From Octopus bimaculoides (lineage: Eukaryota): 64,000 nucleotides of DNA. Under the pieces are notes generated by a model. It made no database searches, had not been told where the DNA came from, and was given only the letters and a program-made list of their open reading frames with translations. This document shows positions 51,005 through 63,025 of this stretch, piece by piece (positions within the stretch are counted from its first letter, which is position 1; every line of letters begins with the position of its first letter). The DNA lies in assembly GCF_001194135.2 (NCBI RefSeq), contig NC_069000.1, positions 21,902,997 through 21,966,996 of the forward strand. Direction: 5' to 3'. Position numbers and translations under genes: made by a program.

Positions 51005-51902
51005 GAAGGTTTGTTCAAAAAGTAACCAACTTTATTTTTACCCGATGAAACCAATGCTGCATGAGCAAAATCCTTTGGATGGAAGGTGACACCACCTTTC
51101 CTATGCATGCATGAACATTTTTGCACCAGTAGGCTGTATCAGTTCCTAGCAGTTACATCTGGAGTACAGATGTGTAGTGTACACTCATCAAATTTTCATT
51201 ATCGCTGAATGCATCAAGCAGAGAAATTACATCAAATTTTACCAAAAGTTTGGTGATACTCAAGCTCAAAACATTTAGAAGATTCAACAGGCTTTTGCAA
51301 TGATGCCATCTGCAAAATTCAGATCAAGGATTGGTACAACTGCTTCAAACATTGCCACTCTTCAGTGGGGAGGAAGGCAAGCTCAGGCAAGCCATCCACA
51401 AGCCGAAATGAGGAGGCGATTGAGGAGGTTTGGCAAATAGTCATGGAAGACCATCATGGATCCAGGAAATTGTTCAAAAAGTGGAAATAAGCACAGGATC
51501 AGTGCATTCTGTTTTAATGGAGGATTTGTGCATGTGGAGAGAGTTGGAGAAATTTGTCTCAAGGTGCTGGCAGAGCAGCAGAAGCAACTCTGCATGGAAA
51601 TCACTCAGGACATGCTGGATTGTGCAAACCACAACTCAGACTTCATGATGACCATCATCACCGGTGATTAGACATGGATTTATGGTCTCTGCTCAATATG
51701 TTTGATCATCTTGCATGAAAACAAAAAAAATTTAGCAAGCATGCACTACATGTTTGTACTCTAGGCATAATAGCCAGGAACTGACATGGCTTACCAATGC
51801 GAAAATTTCCATGTGTCACTTTCCATTCACAAGGGTTTTGCCCACACAATTTTTGTTTTGGTAAGAAAAAAATAAAATTGGATACTTTTTGAATGCACCT
51901 CC
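51005..51902 (+). mobile_element. mariner element, internally deleted and decayed
   Basis: TIRs GAAGGTTTGTTCAAAAAGTAACCAACTTTATTT and reverse-complement GGAGGTGCATTCAAAAAGTATCCAATTTTATTT, TA flanks; QRNYIKF...KPSTSRN...TIITGD*TWIYG; C-terminal half missing. Confidence 0.9.
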
Positions 51903-52069
51903 TATGTTATAGTTGGACCTGAGACCTGTTGTTTTCCTGTTTATCCTTTTGTTCTATTATACATATATACATTTATATAGATGCTTATGCCCAAACACAC
52001 ACACACATGCACACACCGCATGCACGCACACACACACACATATATATATCTGTGTGTGTGGGCATATAT

Positions 52070-52575
52070 GTATCATCATTATCATCATTTAACACCCACT
52101 TTCCATGCTGGCATGGGTTGGATGATATATGTGTATATATATGTGTGTGTGTATGTGTTTATGCATCATCATCATCATCATCATCGTTTAACGTCCGCTT
52201 TCCATGCTAGCATGGGTTGGACGATTTGACTAAGGACTGGTGCAACCGGATGGCTACACCAGGCTCCAATCTAATTTGGCAGAGTTTCTACAGCTGGATG
52301 CCCTTCCTAACACCAACCACTCAGAGAGTGTAGTGGGTGCTTTTACGTGTCACCCGCACAAAAACGGCCACGCTCGAAATGGTGTCTTTTATGTGCCACC
52401 CGCACAAGAGCCAGTCCAGGGGCACTGGCAACGATCTCACTTGGCTTGCCGGGTCTTCTCACGCACAGCACATTTCCAAAGGTCTCGGTCAGTAGTCATC
52501 GCCTCGGTGAGGCCCAATGTTTGAAGGTCTTGCCTCACCACCTCAGCCCAGGTCTTCCTGGGCCTACCTCTTCCA
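52070..52575 (-). mobile_element. Young RTE 3' end plus an extra short tail
   Basis: GRGRPRKTWAEVVRQDLQTLGLTEAMTTDRDLWKCAVREKTRQAK*, CpG-rich UTR, (GAT)n. Confidence 0.92.
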
Positions 52576-52599
52576 TGTATATATATATATATATATATA

Positions 52600-52900
52600 T
52601 CACTCTATTAACCAGTCTTCCGAATGTCATTATGCACCACTGGTTAAATATATGTCCTTGCATTGTTGTAGCTTTTGAATGATGCAATCCCACTGGGTCC
52701 ATGGGTAGGCCAATATACCCCACTGAATGGGAAACCAGCACCAGTCTGTCACATTGTTACTCATTTACAGCTGAGTGGAACGGAGCAACATGAAATAAAT
52801 TGTTTTGCTCAAGAACAAGACACACCACCAATTTGGGAATTGAAACTATGGTCTTGTGATCATGAGTGCAACACCCTAACCACTAGGCCATGCACCTTCA
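52600..52900 (-). mobile_element. tRNA-head SINE, family E
   Basis: CATTTACAGCTGAGTGGA...TTGCTCAAGAACA...GGAATTGAAACT...CCCTAACCACTAGGCCA. Confidence 0.65.
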
Positions 52901-53089
52901 CCACAAGTGTGCGTGTGTGTGTGCATGTGTGTGTGTGTAAAAACCAGCCATGTTGTATATTTGAAAGATTGCTTGGAAACACATGGCACAAGCTTGTCAG
53001 ATTATTGTGTTTTCATATCATGAAACTAATAGTAGCTCAAATTTAAACCTTGTGTATATCAAATACTTTGTGTGTGTGTGTGTGCATAT

Positions 53090-53700
53090 GTATCATCATC
53101 ATTTAACATCTGTTTTGCGTGCTGGCATGGATTGGATGGTTTGAAAGGATCCAGTAAACCACAAGGTTGCATCATGCTCCATGTCAGCTTTGGCATGGTT
53201 TCTATAGTTGGATGTCCTTCCTAATACCAACCACTTTATAGTGCGTACCGAGTGCTTTTTTTCATGTCACCACATCTAGTGGGGTTGCCAAGTAACTTGG
53301 AAGACAGGAAAGAACAGTGAAAAGTGAGGAAAAGGAAGTAACCCTTTTGACTAAGAAGTGTTGTGTGTGTAGGGAGTGATGAACAAAAGTTGAGGTGTGG
53401 CTTGATAAGAAATATCAATGCAAGTGGGGCGGGGTTAGGAAGGGAGAGATAGAGAGTAGCTCAAGGGTGATAATTCAAGGAATAAGAGATGGGAGCAGTG
53501 GGGAGGGAGAGGGATAAATGGAATGAGTGGATATGTAAGGGGCACCCAGTTCACTTTGTGGAGTGGTTGGCATTAGAAAGGGCATCCAGCTATAGAAACC
53601 AAACCAAAAACAGACTGAGCTTGGTGCAACTCACAGGCTTACTAGCTCCAGTCAAACTGTTTTACCTGTGCTAACATGGAAAATGGATGCTATTAGATGG
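53090..53700. mobile_element. Two RTE tails in opposite orientation
   Basis: Minus tail 53090-53300; plus tail 53540-53700. Confidence 0.75.
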
Positions 53701-53779
53701 GTCTTTTTGAACACAGCAAATCAATAATCATTTTGGTCCTTTGAAATCTATTCCTCAAGGCTTGGCATCTTGAGATCAG

Positions 53780-54050
53780 CTTTCATCACCACTTTGTCTC
53801 ATGTCATCTTGGGTCTCTTTCTTCCTCAAGTTCTAGCCACTTTAAGCAATCAACACTTCCTTATGCAGCTGTCTTAATCAATACACAATCACACGGCCAA
53901 ACCACCACAGCCTTCTGCTTTGTACACTGTCTGATTCCTCTTATGTATAATTGCTCTCTCAGTACATTAGCACTTTGTCACACATTCACATTCATGTTAC
54001 ACACTCAGGAGAACATGTAGTGTCAGTGTGCATGTACAAAGTGCTTATGC
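53780..54050 (-). mobile_element. RTE C-terminal fragment
   Basis: Homologous to 13530-13640 and 49500-49590. Confidence 0.7.
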
Positions 54051-54058
54051 ACTGTGTG

Positions 54059-54089
<31 letters not shown>

Positions 54090-54134
54090 TTAGTTTCAGC
54101 TGAAAGCTGCAGCCATACTGATGCACCGTACATT

Positions 54135-54191
<57 letters not shown>

Positions 54192-54449
54192 GTGTGTGTG
54201 TATGTACATGTATATTTGTGTGTCTGTTGTGTATGTATAAGCACACACATATTTGTCTATTCCTCCATTTCCTCTGCCCACTATTCTTGGGAGGTTTTGT
54301 GGCAGTAGAGTCCTCAGGCTCTATCAGAACCCTAGGAAGGAATTGCACTTTCCGGCAGGATTTCAACTGCAATTATGAATATTATCCAACCATCTCATTT
54401 CAAGTACTTGTGTAATAAGTAGTTATACACTTCTCTCTAATTTCCCCAG

Positions 54450-54473
54450 TCATTTTAAGACTGAGGAATGCAG
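54450..54473 (+). CDS. Candidate 24-nt symmetric microexon
   Basis: Acceptor TTCTCTCTAATTTCCCCAG, donor CAG/GTAAAT; reads HFKTEEC (phase 2) or ILRLRNA (phase 1). Confidence 0.27.
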
Positions 54474-54598
54474 GTAAATGTGTAACTACTTGTTACATAA
54501 CTATTTGAAATTTGTGTATCCTTAAATGTATTTGCTGTGTCAATAATTGGTTTTTGTCATTATTCATATATTATGGGGCCTTTGTTTCTCAATCTAGC

Positions 54599-55850
54599 CA
54601 GGTGTTTCCCAATCTGGATGTCGGGCATGACGACCTTCAGTGGGACTACATAAAAATTCAGGAAAGAGAGTGGGGCACAAGTCACTGAAGGAGCCACTCT
54701 ATTTCTTCCTAATATTTTTCAATTAGTTTGTAACACTGTAAAATTCACATACAAAAACACATTCACACAATGCATTAATGCATATAACTTAAATTCCATC
54801 ATGACAGAAAAGAAAATGGGTTCATTTGACAGTTCAATAATAATTTATCATTGATGAATAAAATATCAAGTCGGCATTGAAAAGTTTTGTATGAATTAAA
54901 TATTATGTTATTGCTTTGAACTTCATACATCTGGTAACAATCTCTAAGAGTAATTGCCTGCATTGCTTCATTGAACTTTTGGTCAGTGTTGTAATGTTTT
55001 TGATTAATAAGCAGCTTGGAGAAGAAATCCTAGCTGCCAAATGTGATGTATTCTACTTTCCAGCTATATTTGAGAAGCTAAATTTGTTGAGCAGACATCA
55101 TCTAAGTAAAAATACATATCTTTTATCCCCGCTCAAACTAGATACCATAGACAAACTCTCATATTGGTTTTTGGTGCACAATGCACTCTTGTTTATATCA
55201 CTTGTGGAGAGATGAATCCCTGCCATCTTCAGTACTGAGATCACCAAATCATGTGATTTCGACCTTCCTTGATCTCATTAATGATGGATGCTTGACCACT
55301 AGAGATAGATCTCCCCACCAGTGATATATAGAAAAACTGCCAGAACAGGTGCTGGTGTTGCAGTTAGTCCGTGAGCTTGTTAAAAGTCTGTCAAATATAT
55401 GTACTTTTTACAATTTTATTTTTAATTTGCAAAGAGGCTACTAATGTCTTCCTTGGAAGACATTAGTAGGGTAAATATTGGGTGTAAGTAGTTGATGCAC
55501 TTTCCAACCCTTGCCACTGTTGAAGAGGAGCTGCAAGAGGTTGATATTGTAATATACATTGAGCACTTGAAGAAAGTGCTCAGTGATATGGAGATTAGGT
55601 TCAGAGATCTCTTGGAAATGAACATTCCAAGTTGGGTGATAGATCTATTTGGGACGAATGCATCTGATATTGATGTAAGACTACAAGAAAGCCTTATTGG
55701 GTTACAGAGTTACTAAACTGCTCAAAACTAATTTAACCATGGGTGCGATAACTTATGGGCAAATAGTAATGCAGCTATGAAATTTCAATCACTTTAGCAA
55801 GAAGTAAATTTATAGTTCATTGCCTTTCTTTGTATCAAAAGTTCTAGAGT
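54599..55850 (+). mobile_element. hAT relic (Charlie-like TIR and transposase C-terminal part)
   Basis: CAGGTGTTTCCCAATCT left end; HFPTL...YIEHLKKVLSDMEIRFRDLLEMNIPSWVIDLF. Confidence 0.7.
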
Positions 55851-55869
55851 GTAAGTAGAAGTAATCTTA

Positions 55870-56558
55870 ATTTATCTCTAACAAACATGGATGTAATATT
55901 GAAGTTTTGGGGTACATGGCAAGTTCTGTGTGTTTACCATCTGATCCTGGCAGAAATTTTTCTCGTCTAAGAAAAACCAAAGCATGTTCGTTTGGAGGGG
56001 ATGCTTGAATTTGTTTAAAAGATTCATAGCACCAGTCCTTGACAGCTTGGGATAAAAAAATTGGCCCTTTCTCATCTTATATGAGGAATACCAAATGTCT
56101 TCATGACTACCTGCCTGATAAGAAACTCAGACACTCCCATGTCCCTGGTGATGGACCTGATTGACATGGAGGGATCATTGTCAATCATAGCCTGGATCTC
56201 AACAGCAAATCCAGGAGTTCTTTTCTTATCAGAACAATCAGAGCGAGTTTTCCAACCTGGTGTACTTTTGTAATCACCATTAGACTCATCCAGCTCTTTC
56301 TGATTCTTCTGCACTGTCCTCAGATTGACACCCGAACACTCTGAAATATTCATAGTGGAGCCTCTGGTGCAAATGCCAAGCAGTACAGCATGTCATTTTC
56401 AAATTTCTGGCAGAGTGAATTGCATCATGGTGCTGTTTTTCTCACAATCAGTGCCCAACTAACCCTACTATACTGTTAGCCGACAAAATCAAAAACAAAC
56501 AATGCAGACACGTGAAATAAAAAATATAAAATGGCGACAATTTACCCATCACACCCTG
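55870..56558 (-). mobile_element. Tc1/mariner 5' half, maT/DD37D-like
   Basis: TIR CAGGGTGTGATGGGTAAATTG with TA flank; DNDPSMSIRSITRDMGVSEFLIRQVV and LWFFLDEKNFCQDQMVNTQN; triad spacing not visible. Confidence 0.75.
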
Positions 56559-56718
56559 TATACACACACACACACACACACACTTAAAGAAGTATGGTTT
56601 TTATAATATTTTTAAAATGGGTTAGGTTGGGTCACTTTCCAATATAATGATTATACTAAAATTGTATATCTATATACATATATACACACTTACATACATA
56701 TATGTGTGTGTATGTACG

Positions 56719-56758
<40 letters not shown>

Positions 56759-56839
56759 AACACACATGCACACACATATAAATATATGTACATGCATACA
56801 TACACATAAGAAACATATACAAAAAAAAAGAAAATACCC

Positions 56840-57860
56840 ATGTGAAGCTCTGAGTAACAGTTTGTGAAGCTTTTTCACCTTCAATAAAGTAATATTTTAC
56901 TCTACTTTTTGTGTTTGAGTACTGCTTTCTCTACCTTGTTTCACACCTGTGTGCTCATGTGTGTGTATATTGCTCCCTTTGTAAGTTTCAGCAGCTCTCT
57001 ACAAGAGGAAGCAGCAACAGCTGAAAAATGAAAATACATCTGCTGAATTTTTAACTGAAAAATATTCCAGGTCCATTGAATAAACAATATTTTAAAAATC
57101 TAATCGTGAAAACAGGATTCCATCTACAGAATGAAATGGCAAGCTTATTTTTCTTGATTGAAAACATGGCAAGATACTAACTTCAAATATGATTTCAAGA
57201 AATAATAAAAGAAAGTTTATATTATTAGAAATAATAAAAGAAAGTTTATATTTCATACCATCAGATAAAGACTTAAAACTTATATGCTGGTAACAAGAAA
57301 CTACAGACTAGCCTCCTCTCTAAATGTAGGGCACTTATAAGAACGTAGATTATGCTTTATATTATTAAGTGAATCTAGAAGCAAAAGAATTCTGACCAGC
57401 CTAAATGTTAGTGATAGCATAGGGTGTCTATCCCTGCTTGAGCTTTTCATTATCTTTAAAGACCACAAAACTAATTTTAGGAGAAGCCCCAAATGTAGAT
57501 TTGTTGTTCTGGCTAAAACTGACATAGGAATAATTCATAAAAAATGTTAGATTCCATTCTTTGTAGGATTAGTAAGAGTATATATTTCCCTTTATGAAAT
57601 AACATCATGTCTGTTATATACAGGTTTATGAGCATTAGCACTAAACATAACTGTAGGTTTACTCAGTTTGACAATGTGGTCTTTTACCTGTCAATAACAA
57701 GGTCTCTACTGCTTAAAGCACTTGCTTTTGCTGAAGAATATGTTCACATAAGTGAGTCAGACATTGATATTGTTCTGTACATCAGGAAATTCTGTTTTTT
57801 AACGACTTAACCTGAGTGTAGAAAAATGCTTTGTTTGATGTGCCTATAGGCATATAGGAG
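56840..57860 (+). mobile_element. Penelope-like element 5' part: pLTR remnant plus ORF start through RT, decayed
   Basis: LKNIPGPLNKQYFKNLIVKTG...; FKDHKTNFRRSPKCRFVVLAKTDIG; FTQFDNVVFYLSITRSLLLKALAFAEEYVHISESDIDIV; LFDVPIG. Confidence 0.85.
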
Positions 57861-58937
57861 AGAGCAGAATTATGTATGCTTATAGACATATATATATAAT
57901 ACCATTTACTTATAGAATTCCCCCTTTTTTTTATAGACAAGTCTATACAGGGCTCATGAAATTACCTTATTGCCACCTGTAATACAAATGGCACGAGCTT
58001 GATAGCCTTAGGAAGAATCTTATTGTATTTTATCATATGGGCTTAAAAATTACAGTTGACATAAATCTTAGTGTTAACTTTATATATATCAACTTTTGCA
58101 GTTTAACCCTTTTGAGCCTTATTGTAAGCTTAATGAAAAGCTGTGCTATTTTAGTAAGTGTTCACCATAAAACAATTTAGTACATGGCAGAGTTCATCTC
58201 ATTTTGGTTCTTTTTTGGTAGTGTTGTTTTTTCCAGCCTTGTTGTTTCTTGTAGATTCTTGCATGATAGATCCACATTTGAAACAGATACAACTTTGATT
58301 TTGACTAGTTAATTAAGTGAATATGATCAAAAGAATAAACATTCATTTAACAAGGCTGGTCATTGTGACATTATTGTTGGAGAAGGCATTGTAAATTCAA
58401 TGAATGGCTTCCCATGCCAAATATGCAACTGTTTACATTGTGTGCGTGTGTGTGCATATGAATTCTGTCTTTCATTCCTTTGTCTCTGTTAGGTTTTCCA
58501 TGCTAGAATGGGTTATGAATATATTATTAAGTCATATTTTTAGAGCTGGATGCTACACACACACACACACACAAAACATTAAATCACAATGAGTATGCCT
58601 GTATCAGATATCATATCCACCAATGTTCATCCTAATACACAAAAGATTGTGTTCATAATTGTTGCTGTGAAGTGATTAGAAATTAAAATTGACTCTACAA
58701 TGCAGCTCTATTTGTATTTTGGCAGCAATGTTTACTATAAATAGATATTATTTATGTCCCCTAAAAATTACCCCCAAAACTTCAGATGGCATGATCTCAA
58801 ATCATTTTCTGCTTTCAGGAAATGTATAAATCTGTGTTTTATTTTTTAACTCTATTAAAACTATTTGGAGGTAGACCCTGAATATCTGATGTTTATAAGA
58901 AAATTCTAAACTCTTAAAAAGAAAAAGGAAAGGTTAT

Positions 58938-59745
58938 TTGACCCTTAAGCATTTAAACTGGCCTCTCACACCTACCCTACAATGTCATTCTAAAAATATA
59001 GTCACATCATTGAAATCTCAAAGCTATGAGTTAATTCAAAATAATGTTAATAGATATTACATTTGACAAACTAATCTGAATGATAAGGTGTTAATAAAAT
59101 AAGTACTGCACTAACTGAACAGTAAAATTTAATATAGACTCATTTAAGTACATTGAGATTATGAAAATTGCATGGTTTGTTCACTAACACTGACCTTTCA
59201 GCATTTAAACAGGTCATATCTGGCCCAAGTATTCTACTTGTTTTATGTTCAAACTGGCCAGATCCAGGCTCTCACACCTACCCTACCATGACATTCTTAA
59301 AATGAACAGGCATAGGCATGGCTGTGTGTTAAGAAGTTTGCTTCTCAGCTACATGGTCCTAGGTTCAGTTCCACTGTGTGGCACCTTGGGCAAATGTCTT
59401 CTGCTACAACCTTAGGTTGACTAAAGCCTTGTGATTAGATTTGGTAGACAGAAACTGAAAGAAGCCTGTCATACCAGCATTGATGCGTTTACATTTCCAT
59501 AACCTGGTAAGTACCAGGTTTAGAAAAGATTAAGTACTGGGGTTGATTACATTCAACTAAAAATTCTGAAAGGCAGTGCCCCAGCATGGCCACAGTCTAA
59601 TGATTGAAACAAGTAAAAAATATATAAAAGATAAAAGATACCATCAAAATCTCAAAGCTACAAGATAATGCATGATTAATTCAAAACAATGTGGATAAAT
59701 ATGCATTACATTATAGAAAGTAATCAGGATGCTAAAAGGTAAAGG
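58938..59745. mobile_element. Two piggyBac-like MITE copies; the second is interrupted by a family B SINE (59308-59640)
   Basis: (T)TGACCCTTAAGCATTT start and shared internal body; second copy resumes at about 59640. Confidence 0.6.
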
Positions 59746-60019
59746 CAGATTGCACTTTTACAGCCTAAACCAGTAAAGTTCACTTCTGAATTTGCTTGTT
59801 GTTTCATTTAGGGTTTGGGAACTCTTTCATTGTATTTTGTACAGCTGTTATATATCTGGCTAAACACTCCTCTTTTTGTACATCATAATATAAAACAAGA
59901 GTCAGCATGTATTATTGTACTGAAGAGATATTTTTTACTAGGATTTCATTGCCTGTAATTAGTGTACGTTATATATGAGTGCAAACTATATACACAAATA
60001 AATGTGTGTGTGTTTGCGT

Positions 60020-60190
60020 ATCATCATTGTCTAACATTCAGTTTTCCCTGCCTGCATGGGTGAGATTTTCTATGGCCAGATGCTCTTCATGTTTCCAGGC
60101 AACGTATCCTCCAGGGACAGACATGCTTGTCATGCAAGACTGGAAATGAGCACTATTTTTAGTCTGATGTCTCTTTATAACCACTAGGTG
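60020..60190 (-). mobile_element. RTE-tail SINE module
   Basis: Homologous to 35140-35350. Confidence 0.6.
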
Positions 60191-60278
60191 GATGATATAT
60201 GTAACTGTGTGTGTGTTATGTATATATGGGTGTGGGTGTGTGTGTATAAGTCTTTCTCTGTCTGTCTCTCTCTCTCCC

Positions 60279-60324
<46 letters not shown>

Positions 60325-60624
60325 NNNNNNNNNNNNNNNNNNNNNNNNNNNNNNNNNNNNNNNNNNNNNNNNNNNNNNNNNNNNNNNNNNNNNNNNNNNN
60401 NNNNNNNNNNNNNNNNNNNNNNNNNNNNNNNNNNNNNNNNNNNNNNNNNNNNNNNNNNNNNNNNNNNNNNNNNNNNNNNNNNNNNNNNNNNNNNNNNNNN
60501 NNNNNNNNNNNNNNNNNNNNNNNNNNNNNNNNNNNNNNNNNNNNNNNNNNNNNNNNNNNNNNNNNNNNNNNNNNNNNNNNNNNNNNNNNNNNNNNNNNNN
60601 NNNNNNNNNNNNNNNNNNNNNNNN
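60325..60624. other. Assembly gap between (CT)n and (TA)n
   Basis: N run. Confidence 1.
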
Positions 60625-61179
60625 TATATATATATATATATATATATATATGCATATTTGTAGAAATATATAGATTCATAGGCTCATGTAGCTATCACAG
60701 AAAACTCTCCAGTGGATTCAGCTAAGAGACCACATAGTAATCTTATACAGAGTGTCCATGCAGCTGAAATTCAGGAGATCTGATCAGTGAATCTATTTCA
60801 TTTGATAAACCATAAAAATTCCGGAGGTATGAGAGGTGAATATATTTATTTAACCAATTGTTATCCTTAGGGTTATGGCCATTTTGTAGCCTTCATCATG
60901 CATTAATAATGTTAGTGTATAATAAATTATGTTTAGAGTTGAAGCATTTGTTTAACCATGATTTTCTGGTGGTCTGTATAGCTAGCCTTCTATATCTGCA
61001 TTGATTTGTAATTGTACTGTACAATGTGTAGCATACATATTGGTGCAGACATATAAAATTATTAATTATGCACTGAAATTATTATTACATAACGAAGACT
61101 GCGGAACAACCATAATCCTACAGATATCAAGTGGTTAAATATATTCATCTCATATACCACCTGACTTGTTACTTTTTAT

Positions 61180-61400
61180 GGTCTATGCACTCCTCACAAC
61201 ATATATATTGGTCAGCTCTGACCAAATAGACCTATAATCAAAAGCATTCCAGCCATGATCAGCCCTTTTTCTTGTGTACATGAGGGAGAAACTAGGGACT
61301 AAATTGAACAACATTTTTTTCAAGACAGTATTGTGTGATTTGGAGGAGATTTGGCTGCTATTTCTACCACACTGAGTGCCCACATAGAGGCTCATTTGGT
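61180..61400 (-). mobile_element. Interspersed repeat family D
   Basis: ATCAAAAGCATTCCAGCCATGA...GGAGATTTGGCTGCTATTTCTA. Confidence 0.65.
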
Positions 61401-61996
61401 TACTGTAAGTTTTATTCTCACTGTTTGCTCTTGTTCCCTACCATCTGATCTACCCTACCCTCCACCCCCACTGATGTCTTTCTTTGTTCCATCCCCTAAT
61501 CTGCCATCACCTCACAGTCACCAGGGAGGATGGGCTCTTTCATTACTTTACTTTAATGATCTGTATATCTTATCTTAACATGGATTTACAGTAAGGGTGT
61601 ACACCATACTGGAGTATTCATCTCAAGAAGGCATCTTGCTTAGACATATAATGCTAAAAGGCACAAAAGTGTCAGTGGCAGACAAAAAGTGTCCAGCAGC
61701 GACAATAGAATTGATACTTCTATGCTTCTTAGCACCACTATACATCTGTATGATATGTCTTTTCAAGATGAATACCACAGTACTGTGGCTTTCTAACATT
61801 ATATCCATGTTTAGTTAGATATACAGATTGCTATTCTGAACAAATACTGCTTCTGTTGCTACTCACAATTTTTTGCCGCCTTTAGTATTTTGCTGCCACA
61901 AGAATGGGAGGAAAGAAGTACCTACAACTATTATCTTCATGCTGTAGTGTTGTTATTAAACTCTAGCTTAGCCTTGATTAATACATAAAGTGCAAC

Positions 61997-62048
61997 GGGC
62001 CATGATTGTGGCCATCAGGCACAGGTTGAAAGGCCACAATCATGGCCC
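61997..62048. other. Perfect 17-bp inverted repeat (hairpin)
   Basis: GGGCCATGATTGTGGCC - 18 nt - GGCCACAATCATGGCCC. Confidence 0.9.
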
Positions 62049-62439
62049 AGATAGATGCATTTAATTTATGGACGTTTGTTGGGATCTAATGTCACTCAAA
62101 TGCTCTGATACACCCCAGAATGCAATAGGACTAATAGTTCAACTAATGACTTTTCATATGAAGTAAAACTTGTCACCATTATATACTAAGAAGATATTTT
62201 AACTATTTTTTGTTTTTTATGTGTGTATGGTAGACTCGTCATAAAATGTGCTCAGCAGCCCATGCTATGTAAGTGCAAATCCCATCGCTTTATGGGTTAA
62301 GGAAACAGGTTTAAAATCAGTACCAACTGGTAACCAGTCCATTTTGATTCCACCATTATTTATCCAAGACCTCTTTGTTTATTGTGTTTTAAAATTTTTT
62401 CTCTCTCTCACACACACACACACACATATTAACTGGCAC

Positions 62440-62760
62440 ATGTGCATTTTGAGCAAGTGTCTTCAGCTATAACCTTGGACTGATCAAAACCTTATGAATG
62501 GGTCTGATAGACTAAAACTGAAAGAAGTCTTTCATGTGTGTGTGTGTGTGTATGTGTGTGTGTGTGTGTGTGTCTCTCACTGTTTTATGACAACTAATGT
62601 TGGTTTGTTAATGTTTCCCTAGCGGTTCAGCAAAAGAGAAGGATAGAATAAGTTTCAGACTCTAAATAAAATGTACTGATGTTGATTTGTCTGACTAAAC
62701 CCTTTAAGGTGGTGCCCCAGCATTGCCACAGTCCAATGACTGAAACAAATAAAAAAATAG
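62440..62760 (+). mobile_element. Family B SINE, head truncated
   Basis: AAGTGTCTTC...hinge...GGTGCCCCAGCATTGCCACAGTCCAATGACTGAAAC. Confidence 0.8.
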
Positions 62761-62811
62761 AGGATAGAAGATGTGTGTGTTGTTTATTATTATCATTGTT
62801 ATTATTATTAT

Positions 62812-63025
62812 TAAGATGGTAAGCTGGCAGAAATGTTAGCACACTGGACGAAATGCTTAGTGGTATTTCACCCATCACTACATTCTGAGTTCAAATTCCA
62901 CTGAGGTCAACTTTGCCTTTCATCGTTTCGGGGTCGATAAAATAAGTACCAGTTGAACACTGGGTCAATGTTATCAACTTAACCCCTCCCCTAATATTGC
63001 CGCCCTTGTGGCAGAATTTGAAACA
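62812..63025 (+). mobile_element. Family A SINE
   Basis: AAGCTGGCAGAAATGTTAGC...GAGTTCAAATTCC...GGGGTCGATAAAATAAGTACCAG. Confidence 0.88.

Noticed and set aside
53491-53513. Canonical G-quadruplex motif GGG-N6-GGGG-A-GGG-AGA-GGG
   Set aside because: It sits in purine-rich RTE-associated sequence with nothing pointing to function
61597-61818. Overlapping opposite-strand ORFs of 61-73 aa
   Set aside because: No recognisable motif or convincing splice boundaries; the length is expected by chance
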